Origin: Lama glama
Taxonomy: Eukaryota
Direction of reading: 5' to 3'
Length of the DNA stretch: 64,000 bases
Assembly: GCA_028534125.1 (NCBI GenBank)
Contig: CM052837.1
Location: forward strand, 23,250,001-23,314,000
Part shown: in pieces, positions 35,801-47,800 of the stretch
Layout: every line of letters begins with the position of its first letter
Position numbering within the stretch: the stretch's first letter is position 1
Notes under the pieces: generated by a model
Seen by the model: only the letters and a program-made list of their open reading frames with translations
The model's database searches: none
Told to the model about the DNA's origin: nothing
Program-made: the position numbers and the translations under genes

Positions 35801-38800
35801 GTATGCTTGGAAACAAGATTTGAAACTTGGTCTTTGTGATTTCAGTTCTGTTAGTCTCCTGTTCTGGTACCCCTCCATTTGCAAGGTTGGGGGCACAGTG
35901 CCTCACGCTGTTGGGGAGTGTGTAGGTGGGGTGCTGGGGCTGAGGCTCAGGAAGCAGCCTCTGGCTGAGAGCATGTCCACATGCGCTGACTGAACTCAGA
36001 CTCAGGAGTCCTGCTGCTCCCCCGTGGTGCCCCATCCTTGCCAGACCTCTTTTGGAGCTGGGGAAATGGCTGCTTGGGCCGAGGCAGCTGTGGGCCAGCT
36101 TCACCTCGCCTAGGCTTGGGTTTGCCCCCAGCACAGCCCTGGCAGTGGCCACAGCTGTCTCCCCACTGCTGGCTCACGTAGGCCCCATGTCAGCGGCAGA
36201 AGGCATGCATGCAGGGGCTTCAGACTTCACTGGGGCTGGTGGTTCCTGGCTGGGCCCTTACTGCCACCCTGTGAGGAAGGAGGAATCCCCAGTCAGGGAA
36301 ACTGAGGACAAAATGGTGTGGGACTGTCCAGCACCACACAGCTATAATTTAAGACCTGTGTGGTTCTCCTGTGCTAGGCCTGGGCAGCCTTCAGGAAGGG
36401 AATGGTCAGGGCAGGCTTCCTGAAGGAGTGGGAGGAGACAGCCGGGCCTGTGAGAAGAAGGTCCTCAGCCCTCTGAGCTGGCCTGTGAGGCCAGTCCCTG
36501 GCCCGGATGCAGACGGTCCCCCATTACCTGGAGCCTCTTGAGGAGGGCTAATCTATTTCTTCATGAGTTTGTAGGTGATGAAATGTCAGGGACTGAATTC
36601 CCCTCACCACCCAGGGAGCTAATCTTGTCACTGTCTACCATACCGTCCCTGAAGCCTGGGAGCCTCTGTGTGGGCCCTGGGGACTTGGTCCTTAGAGGAA
36701 TGAGCTCTCCATGGCTCCCGATGGGCAGAGCCAGCTAGGTTGTGCTGACGGAACTCCAGGCCCTCTCGGGTTTGGATGAGCTTGGGAGGGGGTTGTCATA
36801 AATGAAAGCCCTACTCCTCTGCTGTACATCGGGCGGGGGGGGGGCCTGGCTGCAGGCCCCTCGCTGTGGGCTCCTGCCCTTGTCCTCAGAGATCTCCCCC
36901 TCTCACTCCCCCACCTCCAGGACCACCAAGTGCCTCTGACTTTTCTTTCCCCCATATCCCTTGAACATTGTTCTCTGTGGGAATGAGTGCTGGGTCATGG
37001 GTCTCCTGCTCCTCTAAGCATTCTCCTCCCCTCCTCAAGCTCCCAGGTCCTAGGAGTGTCTCTCTCCCTGCCTTTCCTGTTCCACTGCAGGTCTGACCCA
37101 GACCTTGCTGAGGGCGCTCCCCTCCCCCTCCCCCCAACTTAAGGCAGAGGCCATGCCTGTCCCAGGGAGTCCCCTCCTCTTGATGGCAGCCCCTGGGGCA
37201 CCAGCCCTGGTTCTCAGGAAGGGGACTCTGCTGTATTTCTTCTAGGAGGAGGCGGATGGGTGGTGAGGTGGGAGATCATACAGGATGCCACTTGGAACCT
37301 TGGTAGAGCCTCTCACCCTAGTGTCACATCCCTCCAGCCTGCTGTTGGCTTGATGGACTTGGAGGGCATCAGGGCTAGGCTGGTACCTCCAATGGGGAGA
37401 AGTATGAGGGACCAGGAGTGACCAGCAAGAACTTGAGAGACGGGCCCGTGGCCTGGAGCTGCTCTGTGTCTACCTGGTCCCTGTCTTGGGTGGGAGCCTC
37501 TTCTGCCTCCATCCTGGTCTTAGTGGAGGTGTGCTCAGGAGGATAGGGCAGGCCAGAGGTTCACCTGGGACCCACTGGCAGTGTGTATTGTGTGTGCACA
37601 CGCATGTGGAGTGCCTGCAGGTGGCCTACCAGCAGGCTTCAGACTGGCCCTGAGGCTGCCTGCTGAGCGAAGCCCGTTCGTGGACTAACTCCCTCTAATG
37701 ACTTGCGGCAGCTGTGTGGACAGGTCCGGGCTGTGGGTCACGCAGGCCTTGTGGCCTGTATGTATCATGTGTGTGAGGTTGTGTGCCTATGTGAGAGGGT
37801 GGGAGGGGGATGACAGCAACTCTGCACCGGAAAAGCATGCTGGTTTCTGTTTCAAAGGGCAGGGTTTGCAGTTATTCTGCAGTTTCTGATCTGGGCATTT
37901 CCCCTGATCATTTCATCTCTTTCCAACTCTGGGGACTTTGTCTTCTGAGACTGGGTCTCTGTGTCCCAGTATCCCCCATCTCCCCTCTGTTTCTACCTGA
38001 GCGTAAGCTTCATTTTAAAAACTGTTCCCATCTTGCTGCCCCTTCCCCCTACCAATGTGCCTGGTGTCCTTCCGTTCTTCATTCATTCAGAAGCACTGGA
38101 TGGCCTGCTTGGCCTGGGAGAGATGAAGAGCGTACACACACACAGTGCCACTGGGTGTCGAGGGCGTGCTTACTGCAGGAGGGCGCTTCCCAGTTGTGTC
38201 TTTGGAGGGAGAGAATGGAGCCTGGCAGGTAGACAGTCCCTGACTAGGGACCAAGGTGAAGTGCAGGGTAGGGAGCACGACTGACTGTTCCTGCCCTTGG
38301 TCCAGCTTAGTTTGGGTGGAGCAGAGAAGATAAGAAGGTAGGTGTGGTGGTAAGTCACTGAGCCCCATCACAGGGCCCTGAAGGCAGGAGAAGGAGGTGG
38401 TCTCCTTAGCAAGCAACCTTGGGAGGATCAGAACAACGTTTTTTCAGATTTGGAGGCTCAGGAAGGATGACTGATCCGTGAGAACTGGTGGGGGGGGCAG
38501 GACAAATGGCAGGAAAGCTGGGGCTTTCAGCTGGAGGACCAGGCTTGAGGGGGTTGCTGGGGGCATGGGAGCAGGGGCCTGGGTAGAACCAGTGGTGTTG
38601 GGGCTGGGCGGGACGGGGTTGGGCTCGGGGCGGAAGCGATGCTGCTGTTCAGGGTGAGATAGATGGGGCGCAGCTGTGGCTAGAGGGACAGGAAGAGGGC
38701 CTGGGGATTGGGCCCCTTCAGACATCCCAGCCAGGCTGGTGTGCACTTTGGGGTGGAGGCGGGCCCAGCACTGTGCTGGCACCCCTCCCAGCTTCAGCTC

Positions 38801-41800
38801 TTCTAGGCCAGTCTGAGTTGAGAGCATCTGAAGAGGCTGTAGAGCCAGGGGAGTGCTCAGAGTCATTTCAGGCCGCTGAGCCCAGCTTCTCCCTTTTGAA
38901 CTTCCTAAATGTGTCTCTCTATCTGGCCTGGAAAGTCTGCCCTCTGTGCAGGGTGCCAGCCAGCACCAGGGCACAGTGTGGGTGTGCAGTTGGGGCCCTC
39001 CGGGCCTGGGGTCGTGACCTATGTGCCTCCTTATATGGTCTGCACAGACCTGTGAGGGAGCAGACAGAGGAGGAGGGAGCCTTGAATGAGGGCACACCAT
39101 GTGCCACCTACAGGGCTGGGGGGCTGGGCGCTCTGGGCTGTTAGGACTTTAGAGCTTAGCATTGCCTCACTGTTACCTGCTTTCACAGATGGAAGTGACA
39201 AGGTCAGAGTGGTTGTCGCTCTGCTGAGGTCACACAGCTGAGGTAATGTGGGGCTGGGGTTCTAGTCTCAGCAGTTCCACCCCAGAGCCCATGCAGACCT
39301 TTTCTGCCTCCCAGCCCTTTAGAGAAATTCACTGAAGCCCTTTGCTTTAGGGGTGGTAAAATGGGGGCAGAGAGAAGTTAAATGAGTCACTCAGTGTCTC
39401 CGGGTTAGTGGCTGAGGCAGGTTTGTGTGCTTCCCCATTCTGTGCCGTACACAGGCAGGGCCCCTCTATGGCCAGGATAGAGCCATCTGTGGGCACTGCC
39501 ATCCTTTCTGAGACTTGCTCAGGGATGTCTTTAGGGAATGGGCCTTTCAGGCTGTCCCAGTTCTCTTGGCCTAATCCCTGCCTCCTCCAGTGGACCCTGA
39601 GACCCATTTGGGCCTGCCCAGCCCCAGCCCTACCCGTTGGACTTTACTGTTCAGCTTGTGTACTTTTCTGTCATGAAATGGTCCTCAAAGAACAGCCTTG
39701 GGTCGCTGCTTCTCTTTCTAGAGTCCAGCTCTTTTTCATATCAGAGTGACCCTCCTGTATTGTCAGCACAGAAAGGTACACAGGATGGAGCTTCCTGCCC
39801 CTCAGACAGTTCGCTCAGACCTCTCAGCTTTTAGCAGAGCTCTGTCCTAACACTCAGCCCGGCTCTTTCATCCCCAGTGGGACTGAATGGTCTTGGCTCT
39901 GCCCCTGAGGGTGTCTCTCTTTGTGGTCCCCCCTGAGGAGCGTGTGAGAATGAGTGGGGAGACTGGGCTGTACTCGTTTCAGTGCTGACCCTTGAACACC
40001 CCAGCCTCATCTTGGTCCCTTGCCTGCCTTCCTAGTTGATATTCGTGAAATCAAGGAGATCCGCCCAGGGAAGACCTCACGGGACTTTGACCGCTACCAA
40101 GAGGATCCTGCTTTTCGACCAGACCAGTCACACTGCTTTGTCATCCTGTATGGAATGGAATTCCGCCTGAAAACTTTGAGCTTGCAAGGTGGGAGCCAAG
40201 GGGCTGGAGGAGGTGGGGGAGACAAGGGGAATGGCCCCAGGCCCTTGGCTCAGCTCTTCACCCCCTGCTGATAGCCACGTCTGAGGACGAAGTGAACATG
40301 TGGATCAAGGGCTTGACTTGGCTGATGGAGGATACATTGCAGGCGGCCACACCCCTGCAGATTGAGAGGTAGGAGCCACCCTGGATGGGGTTGGGGTTGG
40401 GGCAGCGGGCACTGGGGAGCAGGGCAGGGACTCAGGCCTGTGTGTCCAGGGCCTGCCTGCTGTCTCCTCCCTGAGCCTGGGCCACCCTTCGGGCTTCTCT
40501 CCCTTCAGGTGGCTGCGGAAGCAGTTCTACTCAGTGGACCGGAATCATGAGGATCGGTAGGTACTGAGCTGCAGCTCTGGCCCAGCAGGGTGGGTTTGGG
40601 CAGCCAGCCCAGTAGCGTTGCCTCTGAGCAGCTGCCTGGAGAAGCAGAGGACCTGCCTCAAGCAGGGCCTGGGGTGGGCAGGTGGTTCTGGCACAGTTAG
40701 CTTCCTGCAGAAAGCCTTCTGATGGCCGCGGTGCAAGCTGGCGAGAGAGGCCAGGGGCAGTAATCTGTGTGCCTGGCCACCGTGGCAGATAGTGCAGAAC
40801 TGGCTCTGGGCGTCCTGTATTTTGTGGAGGGTGCCTTGAAGCTTACAGCTTTGAGGTCGTGTTGTGACCACCAGAAGTGCTAAGGAGAGGTGGTGGACAA
40901 AACCAGGTGATGGTAAGGACTGCTGACTGTTGCCATGAGAGAGTCAGTCACAGTGGAGGGTTTGAAGAGAGGTGTGATGTGAAGGACTTCAGTTCCACAG
41001 GACCACTGGCTGCTCCTGGACAGTCCAGGGCAGGGCAGGGTGGAGAGTCAGTTAGGAAGTGACTCCACTCTGCAAGTGAAGATGAGAGGGCTGGGTCAGG
41101 GTGGGGCTGCTAGGAGGTGGTCGGATTTGGGCTAGGCTGTGTTTTAAAGATAGAGCCCAGTAGGATTTTCTAACATGATTTTGGGGTGTGAGAGAAAGAG
41201 TTGAGGATGACAGTAAGCTTTTTGGCTTGAGCATCTGGAAAGGTGGAGTTGGCATTGACTGAGAGGGGAAGGCCATAGGAGGAGCGCATTGGTATCACAG
41301 GAGTCCTGTGATACCCCAAGATGCCAAGGTGGAGATGTTGAGCAGGCAGGAATGAGATAGGGGAGAAGCTGGGCTGCAGATATTACCTGGAGAGCACATG
41401 GGTGATACAGAAAGCCTCGAGGCTGGTGATACCTGGGGGTAAGCATAGCAGGAAGAGGAAAGAGCACTGGTGACTGGTCCCAGGCCCAGGCTTCTCCAAC
41501 CCTGGGGACTGGGGAGGTGAGGAGCCAGCCAGGGGAAGCAGCTGCTTGTGAGGTATGAGGAAAACCAGAGGGTGTAGCGCTCTGGAAGCCTGGGGAGAAG
41601 GGAGCGGTCAGCTGTGCCCGGCCTTGTCAAGTGTGGGGAAGACAGAGCTGCCCCTTGGACTTGACAGCTCAGAGGTCATTGGTGACCTTGAGGCAGGCAG
41701 TGGAGTAGTGGGAAGAGGGCTCAGGGAACGACAGGAGCCTGGGTGGCTCCTTCAGGGCACTGCAGTGAAGAGGAGCGGAGAAGGGGCCGTAGGTGGGGAG

Positions 41801-44800
41801 GAAGCAGGGCAGACAGGGGTGTGAGGGAAGCAATACCAGCTGCTGGTAGTGCTGGTGGCAGGGAGTCCACAGAGGGAGAGCTTGCTGACGCACCAGCTTC
41901 CGTGACCTGCCTAGTGAGGACCCTGCCGGCCCATCCACCTCCCGGTGACTGAGGGCAGGCGAGCACATGCTGAACAGCACTGGCTGATAGCTGATGGCCC
42001 AGGCAGGGCTGGACCCCACAGGGAGTTTCAGTGCAGCCTGCTTGGCTCTTGGGCAGGAGGAGGGGGGTGCCCACTTTCCCCTCCCTATCGCCACCTCCTG
42101 GAGAGAAGGCCTGGCTTTCCCTCATCTTCCTCATCCTGTTACCGGGGCCCAGCAGTGTCCCCTGAGGGCAGGGGTGGATCCCTGTCAGACCCTGGGAGCA
42201 TCCCTGTGCCAGCAGTGGTATTTGGCTGAGAATGGTCTTCCCCTCCTCCCTGCGGAGGCCCCAGCTCCCAGCCTCCCAGGGTCAGCGGGCTGGAACCCCA
42301 CTGAGCCCTCTGCTTACCCCCCACAGAGGGTTTGGGAGTGAGGCTGGGGGAACTGGGGGGCCAGAGCAGGGTTGGTGGGAGGGGCGGCCTGAAGAAGGGC
42401 TCCACTCTTCCCAGGCCTGACCTGCTTTACCGAGCCCGCTCGCTCCCTCTTTGCCAAAATTATAGGCTTTCCTTTGCTCAGATAAGGAGACTGAGGCCCA
42501 GGGAAAGGAAGGGGACTTCCCCCAGTCACCCCATACTTCTGAGCCAGCCTCACCATCGCGACTTCAGGTCCCAGAGTATTGTTTACCTGTTTGGCCCCAG
42601 GTGGACTCAGCCCACAGGCCAGAGGTCATGAGAGGTGGGGTGAGGCCACTGGGGACATCCCTGTTTCCTCAGTATATCAGCCAAGGACCTGAAGAACATG
42701 CTGTCCCAGGTCAACTACCGGGTCCCCAACATGCGCTTCCTCCGAGAGCGACTGACGGTGAGGACCTGTGGGCCGTCTGCAGGTGGGTGGGGAGGCCGGC
42801 AGCCCCCCCCGTGAGGGCCTGACCGGAAGTCCCGCTCTGCCGCGCAGGACCTGGAGCAGCGCACCAGCGACATCACCTACGGGCAGTTTGCTCAGCTGTA
42901 CCGCAGCCTCATGTACAGCGCCCAGAAGACGGTGCATGAGCCACCTGCCCTGCCCGCCCCTGCCCTGCCCACCCCTGCCCTGCTCTCCTGCCCCAGCCCT
43001 GCTTGCCTTAGCCCTGCTGCCCTGCTTGAGGGCATTTGGGTGCCAGTCCTCCAGCTCTTCTCCTCATGAGACCTGCCCCTCTCTGTTGCCCCAGCCTTTC
43101 TTTCTGAGAACCCCTTCCCCACGTGGCCTCCCAGGGGCTCTCACGCTGACCAGGTTCTGTCTCCTGCAGATGGACCTCCCCTTCCTGGAAGCCAGTGCCC
43201 TGAGGTTTGGTTTGAATTGGGGAGGTGGGGTTCCCTCCGGGCTTCGACCCTCCCCTGGTTGAGTCCTGATTGCAGGTGGGAGGCAGTGGGAGGGGTGAGT
43301 CCTGATGGACCATCTTGGGCAGCTGTGGTGGCTGGGAGCTGGGCTCTGCCTTTCAAGGGGCCCCTCACTGTCCGTGGTCCATGCTAGCCAGCTGACCACC
43401 AGGCACGTCTCTTCTCTCCTGCAGGGCGGGGGAGCGGCCGGAGCTCTGCCGTGTGTCCCTTCCTGAGTTCCAGCAATTCCTCCTTGAGTACCAGGGGGTA
43501 CGGCTGGGCTGGGCCAGGTTGCCAGGCTGAGGGGGGCTGGGCTCACCATTGGCTGGAGGCCTCTCACGTGCCCTGACTTTCTGTCATGTCAGGAGCTATG
43601 GGCTGTAGACCGGCTCCAAGTGCAGGAGTTCATGCTCAGCTTCCTCCGAGACCCCTTGCGAGAGATTGAGGAGCCTTACTTCTTCTTGGAAGAGGTGAGC
43701 CCTGCCCCTCAGCTTCTGTCGGAGAATCAGGGAGTAGGTGGGCCAAGTAGAGCCACACTGGGTCCCTTCCACCATCCACTGTGCCTCCACCTGGGCTGAG
43801 GACCCTCTCCTGTGCCCTGGCCCAGGGCGCGGCTCATCTTCTCTTCCCTCTACATTTGTTCCTGGGCAGTTTGTCACCTTCCTGTTCTCCAAGGAAAACA
43901 GTGTGTGGAACTCTCAGCTGGACGCCGTGTGCCCAGACACCATGAACAATCCTCTCTCCCACTACTGGATCTCCTCCTCACACAACACGTGAGTGGCTCC
44001 CTCGGCCCCCCAGCCCGACCCTGGGAGTGGGGCTCGCTTCACTGCCCCTCCCCTCCTTTCCTGTCCAGGTACCTGACTGGCGACCAGTTCTCCAGCGAGT
44101 CCTCCCTGGAAGCCTACGCTCGCTGCCTGCGGATGGGCTGTCGCTGCATTGAGTGTGCGTGGGAGTCAGGTCGGGGGGCACAGGGTAGAAGGGAGGCCTG
44201 CCCACTTGACCATGGTGGCCTTGCTCCCCAGTGGACTGCTGGGATGGCCCAGACGGGATGCCAGTCATTTACCATGGACACACCTTGACCACCAAGATCA
44301 AGTTCTCAGACGTCCTGCACACCATCAAGGAGCATGCCTTTGTGGCCTCAGAGTGAGTTGGCGAGGCGCGGCTCCAGCGCTCTCCTGGGATGAGGGCGGA
44401 GGGTCCCCTTAAATGCCGCAGCCCTCCTCCCCGCCTTCCACCTCCTGCTGCTTGTTGGAGCCATTGCTTCCCCAGCTACTCACTTCCTGTGCGCTTGGCC
44501 CGCCCGCTCGCTGGGTCCTTCTCCTCAGACTGTGGAACACTGTCAAGCTCTTCCCATTCTCAAAAATTACTTCCTAATAACCCTGGACTTGTTAGGCTGT
44601 TGTCCTGCCAGCTCCTTTCCCGTCACAGCCCAGAGGACTGTCTGTACTCCCTGTGTCCCAGTCTGCATTGCTCCCCACAACCTGTGGTCACTCATGTCTC
44701 CCACCTCACTGGGGGGTCTCCGGGGGCCCCTCGTAGCAAAATTTGAAGGCTGCTTGCCACTTCTCCTGACCTTGGGTGTGGGGTGTCTCCTGGCTGCTGG

Positions 44801-47800
44801 GTCAGCCTCCGTGATCTGACTGACTCTGGGGACACCCCTCGGCAGCAGTCTCAGCCCTTGGTTTCTGCTGCACCAGTAGGTGCCTCTGTAGAACCCTCCC
44901 TTCCCCCAGTGGCCAGGGCCCGCCTCTTCTGGGGTGAAGACTCTGTGACGGTCTGAGACTCAGCCCCGTGGAATTGCAGGATCTGCATGACACGCTGTCC
45001 CCTACCCTGCAGGTACCCAGTCATCCTGTCCATCGAGGACCACTGCAGCATCGCCCAGCAGAGGAACATGGCCCAGCACTTCAGGAAGGTACTCGGGGAC
45101 ACACTCCTCACCAAGCCCGTGGACATCGCTGCCGACGGGCTCCCCTCACCCAACCAACTCAAGAGGAAGATCCTCATCAAGGTATGGCTGCGGGGGCCCC
45201 ACCCCTGCTCCAGCTCTGGGTCCAGGCCCAGGGCTGGTATGCCACGTTCTGGCCTGTCCCCGCAGCACAAGAAGCTGGCTGAGGGCAGTGCCTACGAGGA
45301 GGTGCCTACGTCCGTGATGTACTCTGAGAACGACATCAGCAACTCCATCAAGAACGGCATTCTCTACCTGGAGGACCCTGTGAACCACGTGAGGGCGGGG
45401 CCGGCTGGGTCGGGAGGGCAGGGTGGTGAGCGGGTTGTTCACCGGCCCCGTTCTCATCTCTTCCAGGAGTGGTATCCCCACTACTTTGTTCTGACCAGCA
45501 GCAAAATCTACTACTCTGAGGAGACCAGCAGTGACCAGGGCAATGAGGACGAAGAGGAGCCCAAGGAGGTGAGGGGCTGGCCCAGGGCTGGGGGCCGGGC
45601 TGTGGTCAGAGTCACTGAGTGTCTGTGCTTTGCCCTCGCAGGCCAGCGGCGGCACAGAGCTGCACTCCAATGAGAAGTGGTTCCATGGGAAGCTCGGGGC
45701 GGGGCGGGACGGGCGGCACATCGCCGAGCGCCTGCTCACAGAGTACTGCATTGAGACCGGGGCCCCCGACGGCTCCTTCCTCGTGCGCGAGAGCGAGACC
45801 TTCGTGGGTGACTACACCCTCTCCTTCTGGTAACCTCTCCCAGCGAGTGTGCACCTGGGGGCGGCACCACCAGGGCTGGCCCGTACCACAGGCACACGCA
45901 CGCATGCCCCCGCAGGGCCACCCCCACTTGAGCTGTCCTTAGGGGTTCACCTCTCTCCCTGAGACATGGCACCTTGCTGGGGTGGAGGTGGCAGCCAGGG
46001 TCCAGACTGCTGCTCACGGCTTCCCCGTCTCCCTTCAGGCGGAACGGGAAAGTCCAGCACTGCCGGATCCACTCTCGGCAGGACGCTGGGACCCCCAAGT
46101 TCTTCCTGACAGACAACCTCGTCTTCGACTCACTCTATGACCTCATCACGCACTACCAGCAGGTGCCCCTGCGCTGCAACGAATTTGAGATGCGCCTCTC
46201 AGAGCCCGTCCCACAGACCAACGCCCACGAGAGCAAAGAGTGAGGGAGGGGCAGGGGAACGGGTGGGAATGGCTGGGGGTGGCCAGGGCTGACTCAGTCC
46301 GTCCGCAGGTGGTACCACGCCAGCCTGACCAGAGCACAGGCCGAGCACATGCTGATGCGCGTACCCCGGGATGGGGCCTTCCTGGTGCGGAAACGGAATG
46401 AGCCCAACTCCTACGCCATCTCCTTCCGGTGAGGGGGTGGCCCTGGGGGACTGGAGGCGGGGTGGGGTGTGCCTGGTCTGGGCTGCCCTGACCCTTCATG
46501 ACTGTTCTCTTTGTTAAGGGCTGAGGGGAAGATCAAGCACTGCCGAGTCCAGCAGGAGGGCCAGACTGTGATGCTGGGCAACTCAGAGTTTGACAGCCTC
46601 GTTGACCTCGTCAGCTACTACGAGAGGCACCCCCTGTACCGCAAGATGAAGCTGCGCTATCCCATCAACGAGGAGGCGCTGGAGAAGATCGGCACGGCTG
46701 TGAGGGCCTGGTGGTTGAGGGGGGCATGGCAGGCAGTGGGGAGACCCGCGCGGCGCTCCAGAAACTCCCAGGCTCGCCCTGGGGCAGGCCTCGATTGCCC
46801 CTGATAGTCCTGGGGCATTCTGGTGGCGTCAGACTGAGAGGCCCCGGGAGTTGCTCCTGGGAGGGCTGCCTAGCCAGGAAGGTGTCCAGGGAGTGGCATG
46901 TGAGTGGGTCTGCAAGGATGGGCCCGAGTTGGGCGGGTGAGAAAGTAGGGGACAGGTGTTCAAGCAGAGATCCCTGTGGGCCACCATGTGGGCTGGGAGG
47001 TCCTGGTGCTCACACAGGGGGAGAGTTGGTCGGTCTGAGGCCAGGCGTGGACCAGACTCTCCGTAGTAGGGAGAGGGCTGCAGAGGTGTGCTCTGAAGGG
47101 CAGAGCCACAGGGTGAAACAGTGAGGAAAGAAGGCAGGGCAGTGGCCTTGCAGAGGAGAAAGAAGGGGTCCAGCACAGGAGGTCCCCTTGAGACGCCTGT
47201 CCTCGGTGGGCCCAAGTGACCAGGGAGAAGTCTGCTGCCCCTGGGGCTGGGGTGGTGAGAAGTGTGCGAGGCACTCGGGGGTGGACAAGAGTCCTGACTG
47301 CTGGTGCCTGTGAGGCTTTGCTGCTCGTCTCTCAGAAGCCATGCAGGCCTTCAGGAGCTGAGAGATTCTAGTCATGGGCTGGGCCTCGAGGGTAACAACG
47401 TGGGTAGGAGTGGGTGAGACCAGGCCCCTGAGGTTGGGGGACCAGGTGCCAGACTTGGTGGCCTGATGGGGAAGGGGCGGGGAATACAGGAAGCCAGCTG
47501 CGGCTTCTGTCTCTGGGCCTTGACGCATCCTGTTCTGCCCTGTTTCCAGGAGCCCGACTACGGAGCGCTGTACGAGGGGCGCAACCCTGGCTTCTACGTG
47601 GAGGCAAACCCCATGCCAACTTTCAAGGTACAGCCTCGGGTTCTGGGCACAGTAAGCTGGGGAAGGTTCCCAGCTCCTTGGGGCTTGTATCTCTCTGCTT
47701 GGGGCCACCTGCGGTCTTTGTGGAGAAGTGGTGTTCGTGGTTTTCCGAGGCCTGAAAGGTTGTGAGAGATATGTGGTTGGTTTACGACCACAGCTCTCCC

